From assembly GCA_036401195.1 (NCBI GenBank), contig DASWVQ010000274.1:14-64013 (forward strand): a DNA stretch of 64,000 bases, in the 5' to 3' direction. Shown one piece after another: positions 63,580 to 64,000 of the stretch. Under the pieces are notes generated by a model. The model was given only the letters and a program-made list of their open reading frames with translations, searched no databases and was not told the DNA's origin. The position numbers and the translations under genes are program-made. The stretch is from Gemmatimonadaceae bacterium. GTDB taxonomy: Bacteria; Gemmatimonadota; Gemmatimonadetes; Gemmatimonadales; Gemmatimonadaceae. The number at the start of each line of letters is the position of its first letter. Within the stretch, counting starts at the first letter, position 1.

Positions 63580-64000
63580 GTGCCGCTGCGCGGGCTCGCG
63601 GGCCGGGTCTTCCTGTCGTCGGCGGGGATCGTGTGCGCCGTGCTGCTCGCCGCGTTCGTGGTGGCGTCGCGCTCGGGACGCAGCGCCGCGCGCGCGGAGG
63701 AGCGCCGCGTGCTGGAGCAGGCGGCCGACCTCACGGCGCAGCTGCTCTCCGGGCGGTCGCGCAGCCTCGCGGGGGGAGCGCGCGTCTTCGTGCAGGGGCC
63801 GTACTTCCGCGCGCTGGTCGCCGAACGGCGCCGCGACGACATCCTCGACCAGTCGTTCGAGGCGGCGGAGCAGCTCGGGGCCGACTGGGTGTTCATCACC
63901 GACGAGCGCGGCGTCCTCATCGCGAAGAGCGACGAGCCGGCGGTGAACGGGATCGCCATGGGCGACGTGCCACTGGTCGCGGGGGCACTCGAGGGACGGG
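63580..64000 (+). CDS. membrane sensor protein, N-terminal part (TM + Cache-like periplasmic domain), truncated by window end
   Basis: Open frame from GTG 63580: VPLRGLAGRVFLSSAGIVCAVLLAAFVVA...GADWVFITDERGVLIAKSD. It has no stop so it is absent from the ORF track. Confidence 0.55.
   Translation, partial: MPLRGLAGRVFLSSAGIVCAVLLAAFVVASRSGRSAARAEERRVLEQAADLTAQLLSGRSRSLAGGARVFVQGPYFRALVAERRRDDILDQSFEAAEQLGADWVFITDERGVLIAKSDEPAVNGIAMGDVPLVAGALEGR

Noticed and set aside
1-64000. Search for mobile elements, prophage genes, toxin-antitoxin pairs or defence systems.
   Set aside because: No transposase, integrase, recombinase, terminal inverted repeat pair, phage structural gene or recognisable defence gene was found. 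GC content is uniform apart from short regulatory AT-rich patches.

Overview
High-GC (about 70%) bacterial chromosomal window from the replication-origin neighbourhood. The order is yidC'-yidD-rnpA-rpmH (minus) | dnaA-dnaN (plus), RNase P RNA, and a run of orphan signalling genes (AraC-type regulator, MCP, two histidine-kinase-like genes, a Ser/Thr kinase). Then come pyrE, a cold-shock gene, polA, an orphan prepilin, a BMP-type ABC uptake operon, parAB with a 675-bp structured non-coding region, mnmG, assorted hydrolases/peptidases and an ArsC-like/ABC-F/Omp85-like operon. The window ends with murB, an M16 peptidase pair, a complete his operon (hisG-hisDC-hisH-hisA-hisB-hisF-hisN-hisIE), cupredoxins, ispG, a second cold-shock gene, OM beta-barrels and an ECF sigma/anti-sigma/porin/cupredoxin/sensor cluster running off the end. 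Gene content points to a diderm, possibly Gemmatimonadota/Acidobacteriota-like, but I cannot verify taxonomy. I saw no rRNA, tRNA, CRISPR, transposase or integrase, and I did not find a clear-cut novel multigene (for example defence-type) system. The most interesting signals are architectural or regulatory. (1) rpmH appears fully nested out of frame inside rnpA, as in Thermus. (2) A His-rich leader peptide sits upstream of hisG with a terminator/antiterminator and an apparently leaderless promoter. (3) hisD and hisC are fused in frame. (4) A triad of 44-bp repeats (two direct, one inverted, 9-bp internal periodicity) lies upstream of parA, next to a parS-like 16-bp palindrome flanked by DnaA boxes. 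(5) A DnaA-box/AT-rich oriC candidate lies between dnaA and dnaN. Coordinates of internal start codons were derived by counting from the supplied ORF track. Many long alternate-frame ORFs are high-GC artefacts.
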